A stretch of 64,000 bases of DNA from the NCBI GenBank assembly GCA_002691205.1, contig NZHD01000051.1, positions 66,901 through 130,900 of the forward strand, read 5' to 3'. The position numbers and the translations under genes are program-made. The DNA comes from Deltaproteobacteria bacterium (GTDB lineage: Bacteria > Myxococcota_A > UBA9160 > UBA4427). Shown piece by piece: positions 47,370-56,472 of the stretch; position 1 is the stretch's first letter, and each line of letters begins with the position of its first letter. The notes under the pieces were generated by a model, which saw nothing but the letters and a program-made list of their open reading frames with translations, had not been told where the DNA came from and searched no databases.

Positions 47370-48058
47370 TGACAAACAAAACTCAATGGCTCAGACACGG
47401 AAAAATCAAGCTTGCTCTGCACACCGTACGAGAATCCATGGAAGAAGGAAGCCACCCTCTTCTCCTTCTCCACGGTTTGGGCGAACGTACCCCGGAGACT
47501 CTTTTCGATGAATTCTCGAGTTGGCCTGGCCAGATTTTTGGCCTCGACTTTACCGGACATGGCCTTTCGGACATTCCAAAAGGCGGCGGATACACAGCTG
47601 AGCTTCTCATGGGCGATGCAGACGCAGCTCTGAATCAGATCGGACCAGCGACGGTCTGTGGTCGCGGTCTGGGTGCCTATGTCGCCTTAATGCTGGCCGG
47701 CGGGCGCCCTCGTCAAGTCCGCGGCGCCATTCTATGCGATGGACCCGGTTTAGCGGGAGGGGGACCGCAACCCTCCAACCCACAAATCATACACCCTGAC
47801 CCTCACTGTGCTCCGCCTCCTGACCCCATGGCCATGGCCGAACTTTCCAATGACATTCGTCCAGCCGACTATGCCATGTCGTACGTACTCCAAGCCACGC
47901 ACTTAAGCCCTGTCATTCATCCCATTACCGTATGTGCCGTACAGAAAACAAAATGGATCACAGCGGTCTGCGAAGCCATTGAAACAGAAGAATCGACGCT
48001 TAAAGATGCACTGGAAATCTATTCTCGGTTCGTTCCGAACGAGGAATCAGAGGCTTAG
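47369..48058 (+). CDS. alpha/beta-hydrolase-fold protein lacking the nucleophile serine
   Basis: LLLLHGLGERTP oxyanion-like region, but the elbow reads VCGRGLGAYVALMLA (G-R-G-L-G, with Gly where Ser is expected). The start shares 1 nt with the upstream stop (TAATG). Confidence 0.7.
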   Translation: MTNKTQWLRHGKIKLALHTVRESMEEGSHPLLLLHGLGERTPETLFDEFSSWPGQIFGLDFTGHGLSDIPKGGGYTAELLMGDADAALNQIGPATVCGRGLGAYVALMLAGGRPRQVRGAILCDGPGLAGGGPQPSNPQIIHPDPHCAPPPDPMAMAELSNDIRPADYAMSYVLQATHLSPVIHPITVCAVQKTKWITAVCEAIETEESTLKDALEIYSRFVPNEESEA

Positions 48059-48075
48059 AAAACCCAGAACTTTCT

Positions 48076-50067
48076 CTACGACTCGTCAGGCAGGGCCCAA
48101 GCGATCACCGCATCTCCAGATTCTGACCAGCCGTGCCCCCCAGCAGAAACAACCAAATACTGGAGCCCGTCCTCTCGGAGTCGGTAGGTCACCGGTGTCG
48201 AATTAGCCGTGAAGGGCGTGCGCTCTCGCCACAGTTCTTCGCCCGTCTCAGCCGAAAAAGCACGTAAGTACTTATCCATCGTGGAACCAATAAAGACAAG
48301 GCCTGTCGATGTGACGAGAGAACCTCCTGCGTTCGGCGTTCCTAGATTAAACCAAAGCGGGAACGACGCGATGTCTCGCGTGGTCCCAAGCGGAACCGTC
48401 CATAGGACGCGGCCGGCCACTAAATCCACAGCTGTCAGGCTTCCCCATGGAGGCTTTACGCAGGGGGCTCCCAAATTGGACAGGAGACTCTGCCTTTCTA
48501 GGCCATACGGTGCCCCTTCCAAGGGATACAATTCGTAAGGAAAGACCGCTGCTGAAGGATCCATTTTTTCAAACTCAGCCCTGGGAATCAATCGCTGGGC
48601 CATGGGAACCAGCGTTTGATTGACAAAAAGCAGTCCTCTCACCGGATCAACAGAGACCCCACCCCAATTTGCGCCACCCGCAGAACCCGGAAACTGAATG
48701 GATCCTTCGAGGGAAGGCGGCGTAAAAATTCCCTCCGAACGAAAACCTTCAATTAGTTTTCGACAATATGCTTTGTCAAAGTGCGTAAAGCCCCATGCAT
48801 CATCGGGCGACAGGGTGGCAGGATGAATCGGAGGAGGATGAGTCGGAAACGGCTGAGTCAGAGACAACCTCTCACCTGGGACGGCCCCCTCCTGGGGAAC
48901 AGGACGCTCCTCTACGGGATAAAGGGGAACGCCCGTCTCACGATCCAAGAGAAAGAGATGTCCCATCTTGGTGGCTTGGACCAGAGCAGGACGCCCACCT
49001 CCCACTCCTTCATGGCGAAAAAGGGTGGGCTGAGCCGGCGTGTCGTAATCCCAGACATCATGGTGCACAAATTGATAGTTCCACCGAACCGCCCCGGTTT
49101 TTGCATCCAGCGCCACAGTGGACGAACCATAGTAATCCGCACCATTTCGCAAGGCAGAATACCCATCCGGAGAGGCGTTTCCGGTGGGGACAAAGACCAA
49201 CCCTCTTTCTTCATCAGCCGAAATAGGTGCCCAAACGTTCGGCGTTCCCGGCTGATACGCTTCCCCCTCTGCGATCAGGCCATTCTCCGGTCGCTTTCCC
49301 CAGCCTGGAGGCACAGGATCCCAAGCCCAACGCAAACGCCCCGTCTCGACATCAAAGGCTCGAACAACCCCACTCGGCGCATCCAGCCTTAGCTGGTCAG
49401 CCACCAGGGCCCCGATCACAACAACGTCATCAACCACAATCGGCGGTGAAGTGGGGTAGTACTCCCAATCCGGCGCCTCACCGATGCCTTCCCTAAGCGC
49501 AACTCGCCCTTTCCGACCAAAACTCGGACAGGGCTTTCCAGTGTTCGCATCCAAAGCAATGAGTTCTGAGTCACGTGTCCCGGTATAGATTCGACGCGAG
49601 CAGAGAGCATCCCGATCCTCACCGCGTCCTGCCCAATAAGCGACACCGCGACAGGTCAGCGGATAGGGCCCCTCTCCGCGCTTCGCCTTCAGACCCGGAT
49701 CAAAACTCCACCGCTCAACTCCGGTCTCTGCATCCAAAGCGATTACGCGAGCAAAGCCGGTGCAAACGTAAACGAGGCCTTCTGCTACGACCGGAGTCGC
49801 TACAAAAGAAGTTTTTGAGTACTCCCCCGTTCCATCCGAGACATCGCCGTGACGGTATTCCCAAACGACTTCCAGTTCAGACACATTCTCGGGCGTAATT
49901 TGGTTGAGGGAGGAGTATTTCAGCCCACCCTTATCACCCCCAAATTCGTGCCATTCGGCCAGTGGGCCCGAGTAATCAACCAACCCGGGAGGCTCGCAGG
50001 CCACACAGAATAGGCATACAGCCAGCAGTAGGATTCGATCAGGTCGATTCAGAGTCGATAATTTCAT
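48076..50067 (-). CDS. PQQ-dependent dehydrogenase (quinoprotein beta-propeller), probable lipoprotein
   Basis: Signal/lipobox LLAVCLFCVAC. Repeated propeller motif xDxxTGxxxW (ALDAETGVERWSF, AFDVETGRLRWAW, ALDAKTGAVRWNY, AVDLVAGRVLWTV, AFSAETGEELWRE). Confidence 0.85.
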   Translation of the reverse strand: MKLSTLNRPDRILLLAVCLFCVACEPPGLVDYSGPLAEWHEFGGDKGGLKYSSLNQITPENVSELEVVWEYRHGDVSDGTGEYSKTSFVATPVVAEGLVYVCTGFARVIALDAETGVERWSFDPGLKAKRGEGPYPLTCRGVAYWAGRGEDRDALCSRRIYTGTRDSELIALDANTGKPCPSFGRKGRVALREGIGEAPDWEYYPTSPPIVVDDVVVIGALVADQLRLDAPSGVVRAFDVETGRLRWAWDPVPPGWGKRPENGLIAEGEAYQPGTPNVWAPISADEERGLVFVPTGNASPDGYSALRNGADYYGSSTVALDAKTGAVRWNYQFVHHDVWDYDTPAQPTLFRHEGVGGGRPALVQATKMGHLFLLDRETGVPLYPVEERPVPQEGAVPGERLSLTQPFPTHPPPIHPATLSPDDAWGFTHFDKAYCRKLIEGFRSEGIFTPPSLEGSIQFPGSAGGANWGGVSVDPVRGLLFVNQTLVPMAQRLIPRAEFEKMDPSAAVFPYELYPLEGAPYGLERQSLLSNLGAPCVKPPWGSLTAVDLVAGRVLWTVPLGTTRDIASFPLWFNLGTPNAGGSLVTSTGLVFIGSTMDKYLRAFSAETGEELWRERTPFTANSTPVTYRLREDGLQYLVVSAGGHGWSESGDAVIAWALPDES

Positions 50068-50136
50068 ACCGGACGTATGGTAGCGCGAACGTTGACAACG
50101 GCCGGTCGTTCAACCATCAGGCCTCAGCTAAACCTT

Positions 50137-50427
50137 TCATTCAGGAGTTTGGGCGCGGCCTCGCCGAACGAGTCGAGAGACCATCATCCACCACAGCTCA
50201 CGCCGAAGACCTTCCTTGAACTGAGGGCTCGTCGGAACATGTTCTTCGCCCCCCATCATAAATTCTCGAAACTCATCAATATCGATTCCGGAAAGCTCTT
50301 CAGGTGACATGCCCAGAAGAGCCTCATGAAACTCTGCTTCAGCCGTCAAAAATTCATCAGACGAACTTTCGAGTGACTCTTTTTTAGAGGCAGCAGCTGC
50401 CTTCACCAGTCGGACGGGATTTGTCAT
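50137..50427 (-). CDS. small acidic protein, putative anti-sigma factor
   Basis: 96-aa ORF overlapping the ECF sigma stop by 4 nt. No zinc HxxxCxxC motif and no clear TM. The call is positional only. Confidence 0.45.
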   Translation of the reverse strand: MTNPVRLVKAAAASKKESLESSSDEFLTAEAEFHEALLGMSPEELSGIDIDEFREFMMGGEEHVPTSPQFKEGLRRELWWMMVSRLVRRGRAQTPE

Positions 50428-51143
50428 CGTGAACGAACCTCTTCACCGAAGTCAACCGCTTCAAAAATAATGCGCTTAGTCCGGTAGAGACATGAACGAA
50501 TCGCATCGCTTGACCGTTGAGTCTCCGCGGAGATCTCAGGAATCGACATGTTTTCAAGATGCCTCATCTCAAAAATTCGTCGCTGCCAATCGGGAAGCTC
50601 ATTCATTTCCACTCGAATCGCTTCCACCGACCGTTGCAGATTCAGTTCGTCATCTGGGGCACAGGAACCGAGAGAACGATTGGGGACAAAATGCTCCGAT
50701 GGAACACTTTCGAACTTTTCTCGCTGATTCTGAAAACGCCGAATGGAGTTATTTGAGAGATTTTTCGCAATCCCGAATATCCACGAGAGCAAGCTTGAGC
50801 TTCCTCTGAAATTAGAGATCGACTTGAAGACGGTGACAAATGTCTCTTGAGTCACCTCTTCAGCATCTGAGTGATTTCGCAACCTTCGATAGCTGTAGGC
50901 GTAGATTCGATTGAAGTAGCGCTCATACAGAGCACTGAAGCAAGCCTCATCGGCCACTAGAATGCCCTCAACCAGATCCTGATCACTCAGCGAACCGGCC
51001 CCCGAAAGACTTTGGTCCCTCGGTGTTCCTACTTCATCGACCGGTCCAAGGTCGGGCTGACCCCGCTCATCTGAGCGCGGACGGACTTCGGATCCGACCT
51101 TACTTGTCAAAAACCGATCTTGAACGTACTCCACTTCGGGCAT
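50424..51143 (-). CDS. ECF-type RNA polymerase sigma-70 family factor
   Basis: Region 2 (…YERYFNRIYAYSYRRLRNHSDAEEVTQETFVTVFK…) and region 4 HTH (…MRHLENMSIPEISAETQRSSDAIRSCLYRTKR…). N-terminal extension of about 60 aa. Confidence 0.88.
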   Translation of the reverse strand: MPEVEYVQDRFLTSKVGSEVRPRSDERGQPDLGPVDEVGTPRDQSLSGAGSLSDQDLVEGILVADEACFSALYERYFNRIYAYSYRRLRNHSDAEEVTQETFVTVFKSISNFRGSSSLLSWIFGIAKNLSNNSIRRFQNQREKFESVPSEHFVPNRSLGSCAPDDELNLQRSVEAIRVEMNELPDWQRRIFEMRHLENMSIPEISAETQRSSDAIRSCLYRTKRIIFEAVDFGEEVRSR

Positions 51144-51507
51144 TGCGAGATCTCCTCACGCATTGCCCCTTCCCAGAAGACGCCTCATATCGACAACGTC
51201 TCTCCTATCTAAGTGGCTTGAAATACCTTTAGGTGTCGTTTTTTATCAAAACTAATCCGACTTACAGCCCCTGGCCTGGGTGAGTTCTACCCCAAGGGAA
51301 AAGCCGAGCCGCCCCGCCGGCGGGTGATCTGTCCATCTTTGAAACCCTTTTAAGGCAACGGCCGACTTTTTATCGACCTCGACAAAGGCTCCAAAGGTTT
51401 CGAGACGCTACCGTGCCGAAGCCTATTTCAAAGAATCCTCGTATTTTCAGCCGGCCCCGGCTTCAATGGCCAAATCAAAAAGGGGCTAAGGAGTCCACCG
51501 CAAGATC

Positions 51508-52062
51508 ATGGTACGAATCGTTCTGGTTCTCATCGCACTCATCGTTCTTCCCCTCTCACCACTCGGTGCAGCATCGGTGGTGGATAAATGGACCCCATTT
51601 GCCCCCGAAGGCGACGTTTTTCAGGTCAAACTCCCAGGAACGCCCGTCAAAAAAACGCGGAAGAAGTGGCTGCCCATCGGCACCGTGACGAGCACAGTCT
51701 TTAAGGTCGAGTTGCCGAACGATACCTTCGGCCTAAGCATCACGGACTTACCCGGGATGACGTTTGCATTCCGGTCCAGAGACAAAATCGTCGAACAGAC
51801 GGCCGAAGGGTTTATTGAAGACGCGGGCGCACAGCTCACCCACGAAAAAAAATCCGAGCTTGGTGGCCTGCCCGCCAAAGAACTCGCATACAACATTCCG
51901 GCGAATAAAAAACATGAAGCCCGAAGAGGGGTATCGAGAATGCTCATCGACGATAAGCGTCTTTACATCTTTTATGCCGAGGTCAGCCCAGCCGTCACGC
52001 CGGAACAAATCAAAGCCTACTTCGACTCTGTCCGAATCAAGCCCGCCCAAGAAGGAAGCTAG
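51508..52062 (+). CDS. hypothetical exported protein
   Basis: Signal peptide MVRIVLVLIALIVLPLSPLGAAS. No recognisable domain. Divergent from the ECF sigma gene. Confidence 0.55.
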   Translation: MVRIVLVLIALIVLPLSPLGAASVVDKWTPFAPEGDVFQVKLPGTPVKKTRKKWLPIGTVTSTVFKVELPNDTFGLSITDLPGMTFAFRSRDKIVEQTAEGFIEDAGAQLTHEKKSELGGLPAKELAYNIPANKKHEARRGVSRMLIDDKRLYIFYAEVSPAVTPEQIKAYFDSVRIKPAQEGS

Positions 52063-52072
52063 AAGAGCTGGA

Positions 52073-53287
52073 TCAACTTTTTTCTGGGGGCCGTGGATCA
52101 CGCGGCAACCCATACCCCCGCTCTCCAATGATATTCAGCTGGATATTGCTAGCCCCGCCGGCAATAGCCGGCCCCAAAGAAAACAAATAAGCCTCAACCC
52201 AACCGGTGGAAGTCGTATTTCGGGCCCAACCCACGATATCTTCTGGAGATGGAGCAAGCATGCCTTCGCCGCCCAGCAAATCGAAGGCACAACGTTGAAT
52301 TCGCTGCATAGTATCCGTCGAGTAAAGTTTATTCATCATCATGGGACGCATGGCCTTCATGGGTTCGCCTCTAAGAGTGGCCGTGAACTGCAACATATTA
52401 GAGGTTTCAACCGTACGCACGTAGCCTTCGATCTCCATTAGCCGCTGGCGAACATAGGGATCTTTAATTGCGGCCTGCCCCCCTCGCTGGGTGCGACGCG
52501 CAAGATCCAGCAAATCCTCAAATGTATCTCTCATCATATTCGGATTGCCGATTAAATTTCGCTCGTGTATCAAAGTCGCCCGCGAGACCGCCCAGCCCTC
52601 ACCTTCAGCGCCCACTCTAAATTCCACTGGGACTCGGGCATCGTTGAAGAACACCTCGTTAAACTCGCTCCCACCCGTCATTTCACGAAGCGGCCGAACA
52701 TCGATACCTTCAGCGCTCATATCCACGATTAAATAACTAATCCCTGCGTGCTTTGAAGCTGCTGGGTCTGTTCGAAAAAGTCCAAACATGAAATGTGCCT
52801 GCTTGGCATTGCTTGTCCAAATTTTCTGACCGTTAAGGACATAATGCTCTTCATCGCGAAGCGCTCGACACTGCAATGAGGCAAGGTCGCTGCCCGAGCC
52901 TGGCTCACTATATCCCTGACACCACCGTTCTTCTCCAGTGAGGGCCTTGGGAATAAATCGACGTTTCTGCTCCTCTGTTCCAAATTCAAGCAGCGTGGGG
53001 ACAAGCATACCCGCGCCCTGGTTCAACAGATCCCACGGAGCGCTCACACGAAAGAACTCTTCGCGTACAATCGAGTCCTTCAAAGCGTCAGGTGCTTGGC
53101 CGGCTCCTCCGTACTCCCGAGGAACATTCCGATACACGTACCCCGCATCGATTCCATGCTGTCGAAACAACGACTCCTGCTCTTCAATGGGCAACCGAGC
53201 GTCCTCGCCTGAAAGAGGCCACCCCTTTAAAAAGTCGATCACCTCTTCTCGGTATTTTTCATGCTCAACGCTGTATGTAAGGTCCAT
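52073..53287 (-). CDS. acyl-CoA dehydrogenase family protein (404 aa)
   Basis: …WCQGYSEPGSGSDLASL…, …QKIWTSNAKQAHFMFGLFRTDP…, C-terminal …GGASNIQLNIIGER…, the typical ACAD three-domain pattern. Confidence 0.9.
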   Translation of the reverse strand: MDLTYSVEHEKYREEVIDFLKGWPLSGEDARLPIEEQESLFRQHGIDAGYVYRNVPREYGGAGQAPDALKDSIVREEFFRVSAPWDLLNQGAGMLVPTLLEFGTEEQKRRFIPKALTGEERWCQGYSEPGSGSDLASLQCRALRDEEHYVLNGQKIWTSNAKQAHFMFGLFRTDPAASKHAGISYLIVDMSAEGIDVRPLREMTGGSEFNEVFFNDARVPVEFRVGAEGEGWAVSRATLIHERNLIGNPNMMRDTFEDLLDLARRTQRGGQAAIKDPYVRQRLMEIEGYVRTVETSNMLQFTATLRGEPMKAMRPMMMNKLYSTDTMQRIQRCAFDLLGGEGMLAPSPEDIVGWARNTTSTGWVEAYLFSLGPAIAGGASNIQLNIIGERGYGLPRDPRPPEKS

Positions 53288-53293
53288 GCGAAA

Positions 53294-54373
53294 TTACAGG
53301 CCTCCCAGGTTCGCGCATCGCTCGCGAAGGAATTCGGGCGTTCCAAGGTATGTGCGATCGAACATCATACGCTTAAACCAGAGCTGCACATCACATTCCC
53401 ACGTAAAGCCAAGTCCACCATGCAGTTCCACTACGGCTCGAGCCGCCTCAATACCGCGCTCAGAAATGTGTGCTTTGGCCATAGCCACAGAACGTGAAGC
53501 TTCAATTGGAAGATGGTCTAACGCGTGAGCCGCATACCAGAAAAGAGCGCGCGTCGGCTCGACCTCGAGGGCGAGCCGCGCCAATTGGTGCTTTACGGCC
53601 TGAAACTCAGCCACTTTTCGACCAAACTGCTCCCGCGTCTTTGTATATTCAACCGCGAGATCGACTAACCGGCTAGCGGCCCCGAAAGCATCCGCGGCCA
53701 GAAGCGCTAAGCCCACATCTTGAATCGCCTGCACGCAGGCTCCAGATTCGTTCAACACCTCACACCGGACTCCATCAAATTTAACTCGAGAAATCGGACG
53801 ACTCCGGTCAATGCCATCCTGAGACTCCACAGAAAGGCCTTCGGCTCCCGTCTCCACCACTGCAAAGTGCCCGTCTGAGAGCCCGACCAAAATCAGATCA
53901 GCCAGAGCGGCGTGTGAGACGAAATCTTTTATGCCATGCAATCGACCGTCTCTCACTTCGGTCGACCACTCTGAACATTCCCAGCCGTTCGCACCCTCAC
54001 CCAATGCCAAAGTCGCGACCTGAGCCCCATTGGCGATTTGAGGCAGCCAAAGATCCTGCTGAGAAGAACTTCCCGCCTTTGCGATCGCAACGCCTGCCAA
54101 GCTATGCATCATAAAAGGACCCGGAAAGGCTCCATATCCCAGCTCCTCGCATACCAGTGCGAGGTCGAGGACTTCGAGCTCTGCGCCACCAAACTTCTCA
54201 GGAAGCATCAAGCCACAAAGACCGAGGTCTGCGAGGCCTTGCCAAATACGACCGTCATGCCCTTCACCCGCATTAAAAATCTCATGCAAACGGGTCGGAG
54301 GACACTCTTGATTGATGAACTGACGCACAGTCTCCTGCATCAAGTCTTGCTCTTCACTTAGCCCGAATTCCAT
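53294..54373 (-). CDS. acyl-CoA dehydrogenase family protein (359 aa, shorter partner)
   Basis: …LPEKFGGAELEVLDLALVCEELG…, …FQAVKHQLARL…, …HGGLGFTWECDVQLWFKR…. 6-nt gap to the downstream ACAD gene. Confidence 0.88.
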   Translation of the reverse strand: MEFGLSEEQDLMQETVRQFINQECPPTRLHEIFNAGEGHDGRIWQGLADLGLCGLMLPEKFGGAELEVLDLALVCEELGYGAFPGPFMMHSLAGVAIAKAGSSSQQDLWLPQIANGAQVATLALGEGANGWECSEWSTEVRDGRLHGIKDFVSHAALADLILVGLSDGHFAVVETGAEGLSVESQDGIDRSRPISRVKFDGVRCEVLNESGACVQAIQDVGLALLAADAFGAASRLVDLAVEYTKTREQFGRKVAEFQAVKHQLARLALEVEPTRALFWYAAHALDHLPIEASRSVAMAKAHISERGIEAARAVVELHGGLGFTWECDVQLWFKRMMFDRTYLGTPEFLRERCANLGGL

Positions 54374-54634
54374 CGACTGTTCTTCCTCGCGTATGAGCTC
54401 AACGGCGGGGGCAAATCGTTCCCGCGTACACTCGTTAGACTCGACTTCAAGACTGAGAGATTAGCCTTGAATGCGCTTCCCGAAAGGTAGAAGCGCTCTG
54501 CGCGTGCCCATCGCTCGTGGACAGACAACATTCTGCACCCCTTCTGCACTTAACGTCCTGCAGTCACTCGAGTGGCTTCTATTCTTCCCTTTGATGGGGG
54601 ATAAGTGGACAATAAGAATCCATTCTCCCCTCAA

Positions 54635-55297
54635 TCAACCGGACCAACCAAAGCGATCACTGGCCGCCTGAGTCAACTTAATGAATGTCCCGCTCGCCTC
54701 TGCCAAGAGTTCTTCCCCGGCCCAAAAGCGACCTTCGGCGTACACCTTCCGCCCCTCACTCCCTTGACTGTGTCCCTCCATACGAATCTCCTGAAACAAG
54801 GGAGTGGGCTTTCGATATCGCACAGTGAGGGTTCCAGTCATAGCCCCCAAGTCGTTCACAACATTGACAACGCCCAGTAGCTCATCCATCACGGCAGCCA
54901 CCACACCGCCATGGACGAAGCCTGGCGGGCCGCAATAGAGCGCTCCAAACACTCCTCGCCCATGCACAACGCCGTCTTCCACCCAAAACTCAACCGGGGG
55001 CGAAACGGGGTTCAGACGACCAATCAAGGGACTGTACGGAAAGATCTGCATGGGATCTTGAGTCTCGGCGACCCAGCCCAGCCCCCCCAACTGGTCAGCT
55101 TGTGCATGGGGGCCCGGGTGGATGTAGGGTTCAAGTTCAGTGGACAAAGCCTCGACCTGAGCCCGAGCAGTCTCGATCACCCCTTTCGGAGCACGAGTCG
55201 TCCGAACCGACTCCATGAGCCTCCGCATGGAGACGTTTAGCGTCGCAAGGGCCTCCGCCCTTTCGACGCCCTCTTCCTCTTTGCTCTCTGAGCTCAT
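54635..55297 (-). CDS. PaaI/4HBT-type hotdog-fold thioesterase
   Basis: Internal ATG (MSSESKEEEG…). Core motif GPPGFVHGGVVAAVMDELLG …GTLTVRYRKP. The upstream part of ORF 54635..55486 looks non-coding. Confidence 0.78.
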   Translation of the reverse strand: MSSESKEEEGVERAEALATLNVSMRRLMESVRTTRAPKGVIETARAQVEALSTELEPYIHPGPHAQADQLGGLGWVAETQDPMQIFPYSPLIGRLNPVSPPVEFWVEDGVVHGRGVFGALYCGPPGFVHGGVVAAVMDELLGVVNVVNDLGAMTGTLTVRYRKPTPLFQEIRMEGHSQGSEGRKVYAEGRFWAGEELLAEASGTFIKLTQAASDRFGWSG

Positions 55298-55485
55298 CAA
55301 GCCCTCCCCCACGCCAACCCAAACCCAAAAGAAACGCCTCCTTGGGTCACACTCAACAATGAGAGCACCCCAAGGCCAACCCCGCAAGGTGCCCGCCGAA
55401 TCGAGAGGCCGCCGCGATTGTTGGTAAATATCGTGGCGTCGCGCGATCTCCTCAGCAGTCCCTATACTTGGCCTCGGAGGGCACA

Positions 55486-56361
55486 ATGACCAATTTAAAT
55501 GGCGAACCCGCCTACGTGGGCCGTTTCTGCGGCAGCAACCAATATGAGATCACACCAAAAATCATTGAGTTTTATTGCAATGCGCTGGACGATCACCACC
55601 CTGGGTACCAAAACTACGCACCGCCCCTTCTTCACCACTCCGAGTGTTACGAATTCGTCGGAGAGTGGTACTTGAAGAACCTTTTTGGAAACCTTCACGG
55701 CCAACAAGATTGGGAGCTCTTCTCCCCGATTCCAACACAAGGCCGAGTGCGCTCGGTCTCCACAATTGTTGACCGATACGACAAGCGCGGGCGAAACTAT
55801 GTCCTCAACGAGACAGACCTCTTCGATGAAGCCGACGGACGCCTCCTCGTACGCGGACGAACCCATCAATCTTTCCTGCCCCCTCGCAACAGCGAGTCAA
55901 ATCAAGGTGACGAGGAGTTTGTCGTCGACGTAGGCACGGCCAAACAAAAAAAAACGCGCGCGCCCTTTCCCACAGCCACCGGCTCAGACCTAGTCTCCTT
56001 TGATAAAACGATTGATCAAAAGCGATGCTGGATGTTTTCCGGTCCGGGGGCGAACTATCACACTGACAATGAGGAAGCGAAAAAACTTGGATTTCCGAAA
56101 ATCGTCGTTCAGGGAATGATGTCCACATGCTTCGTCTCGCAAGTGATGCATGAAGCCTTTGAGTTGGGCTGGGCCCAGGGAGGACGAATGTCACTTAAGC
56201 TGACAAATGTGCTCTGGGTCGACGAACAGGTCACCACTCACGGAAAAGTACGCGAGGAAACAAAAGAAGGAGAATCGACACGCGTCCATTGCGACGTCTG
56301 GGTTGAAAAAAAAGATGGCACCCGAGTCGCATTAGGAACGGCCAGCGCAATCAAACAATGA
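55486..56361 (+). CDS. MaoC-like (R)-specific enoyl-CoA hydratase/dehydratase, double hotdog
   Basis: ATG with GGAGGG 5 nt upstream. The N-terminal half resembles MaoC_dehydrat_N. The C-terminal half has NYHTDNEEAKKLGFPKIVVQGMMSTCFVSQVM. Confidence 0.8.
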   Translation: MTNLNGEPAYVGRFCGSNQYEITPKIIEFYCNALDDHHPGYQNYAPPLLHHSECYEFVGEWYLKNLFGNLHGQQDWELFSPIPTQGRVRSVSTIVDRYDKRGRNYVLNETDLFDEADGRLLVRGRTHQSFLPPRNSESNQGDEEFVVDVGTAKQKKTRAPFPTATGSDLVSFDKTIDQKRCWMFSGPGANYHTDNEEAKKLGFPKIVVQGMMSTCFVSQVMHEAFELGWAQGGRMSLKLTNVLWVDEQVTTHGKVREETKEGESTRVHCDVWVEKKDGTRVALGTASAIKQ

Positions 56362-56472
56362 GCTTTTCAGTCAACACATGAGCAGGTAGACTCTCGTCTC
56401 AATTCAGCATCTCCGCGTCAAGTAGGCCCGTGACCCGATCCATCTCTTCATCTCACAAGGAAAAGAAAAGTT

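Noticed and set aside
54565-54574. Perfect 10-bp palindrome CACTCGAGTG upstream of the ACAD operon (possible operator).
   Set aside because: Roughly 60 perfect 10-bp palindromes are expected by chance in a 64-kb window (64000/4^5). No adjacent regulator gene and no second copy were seen.
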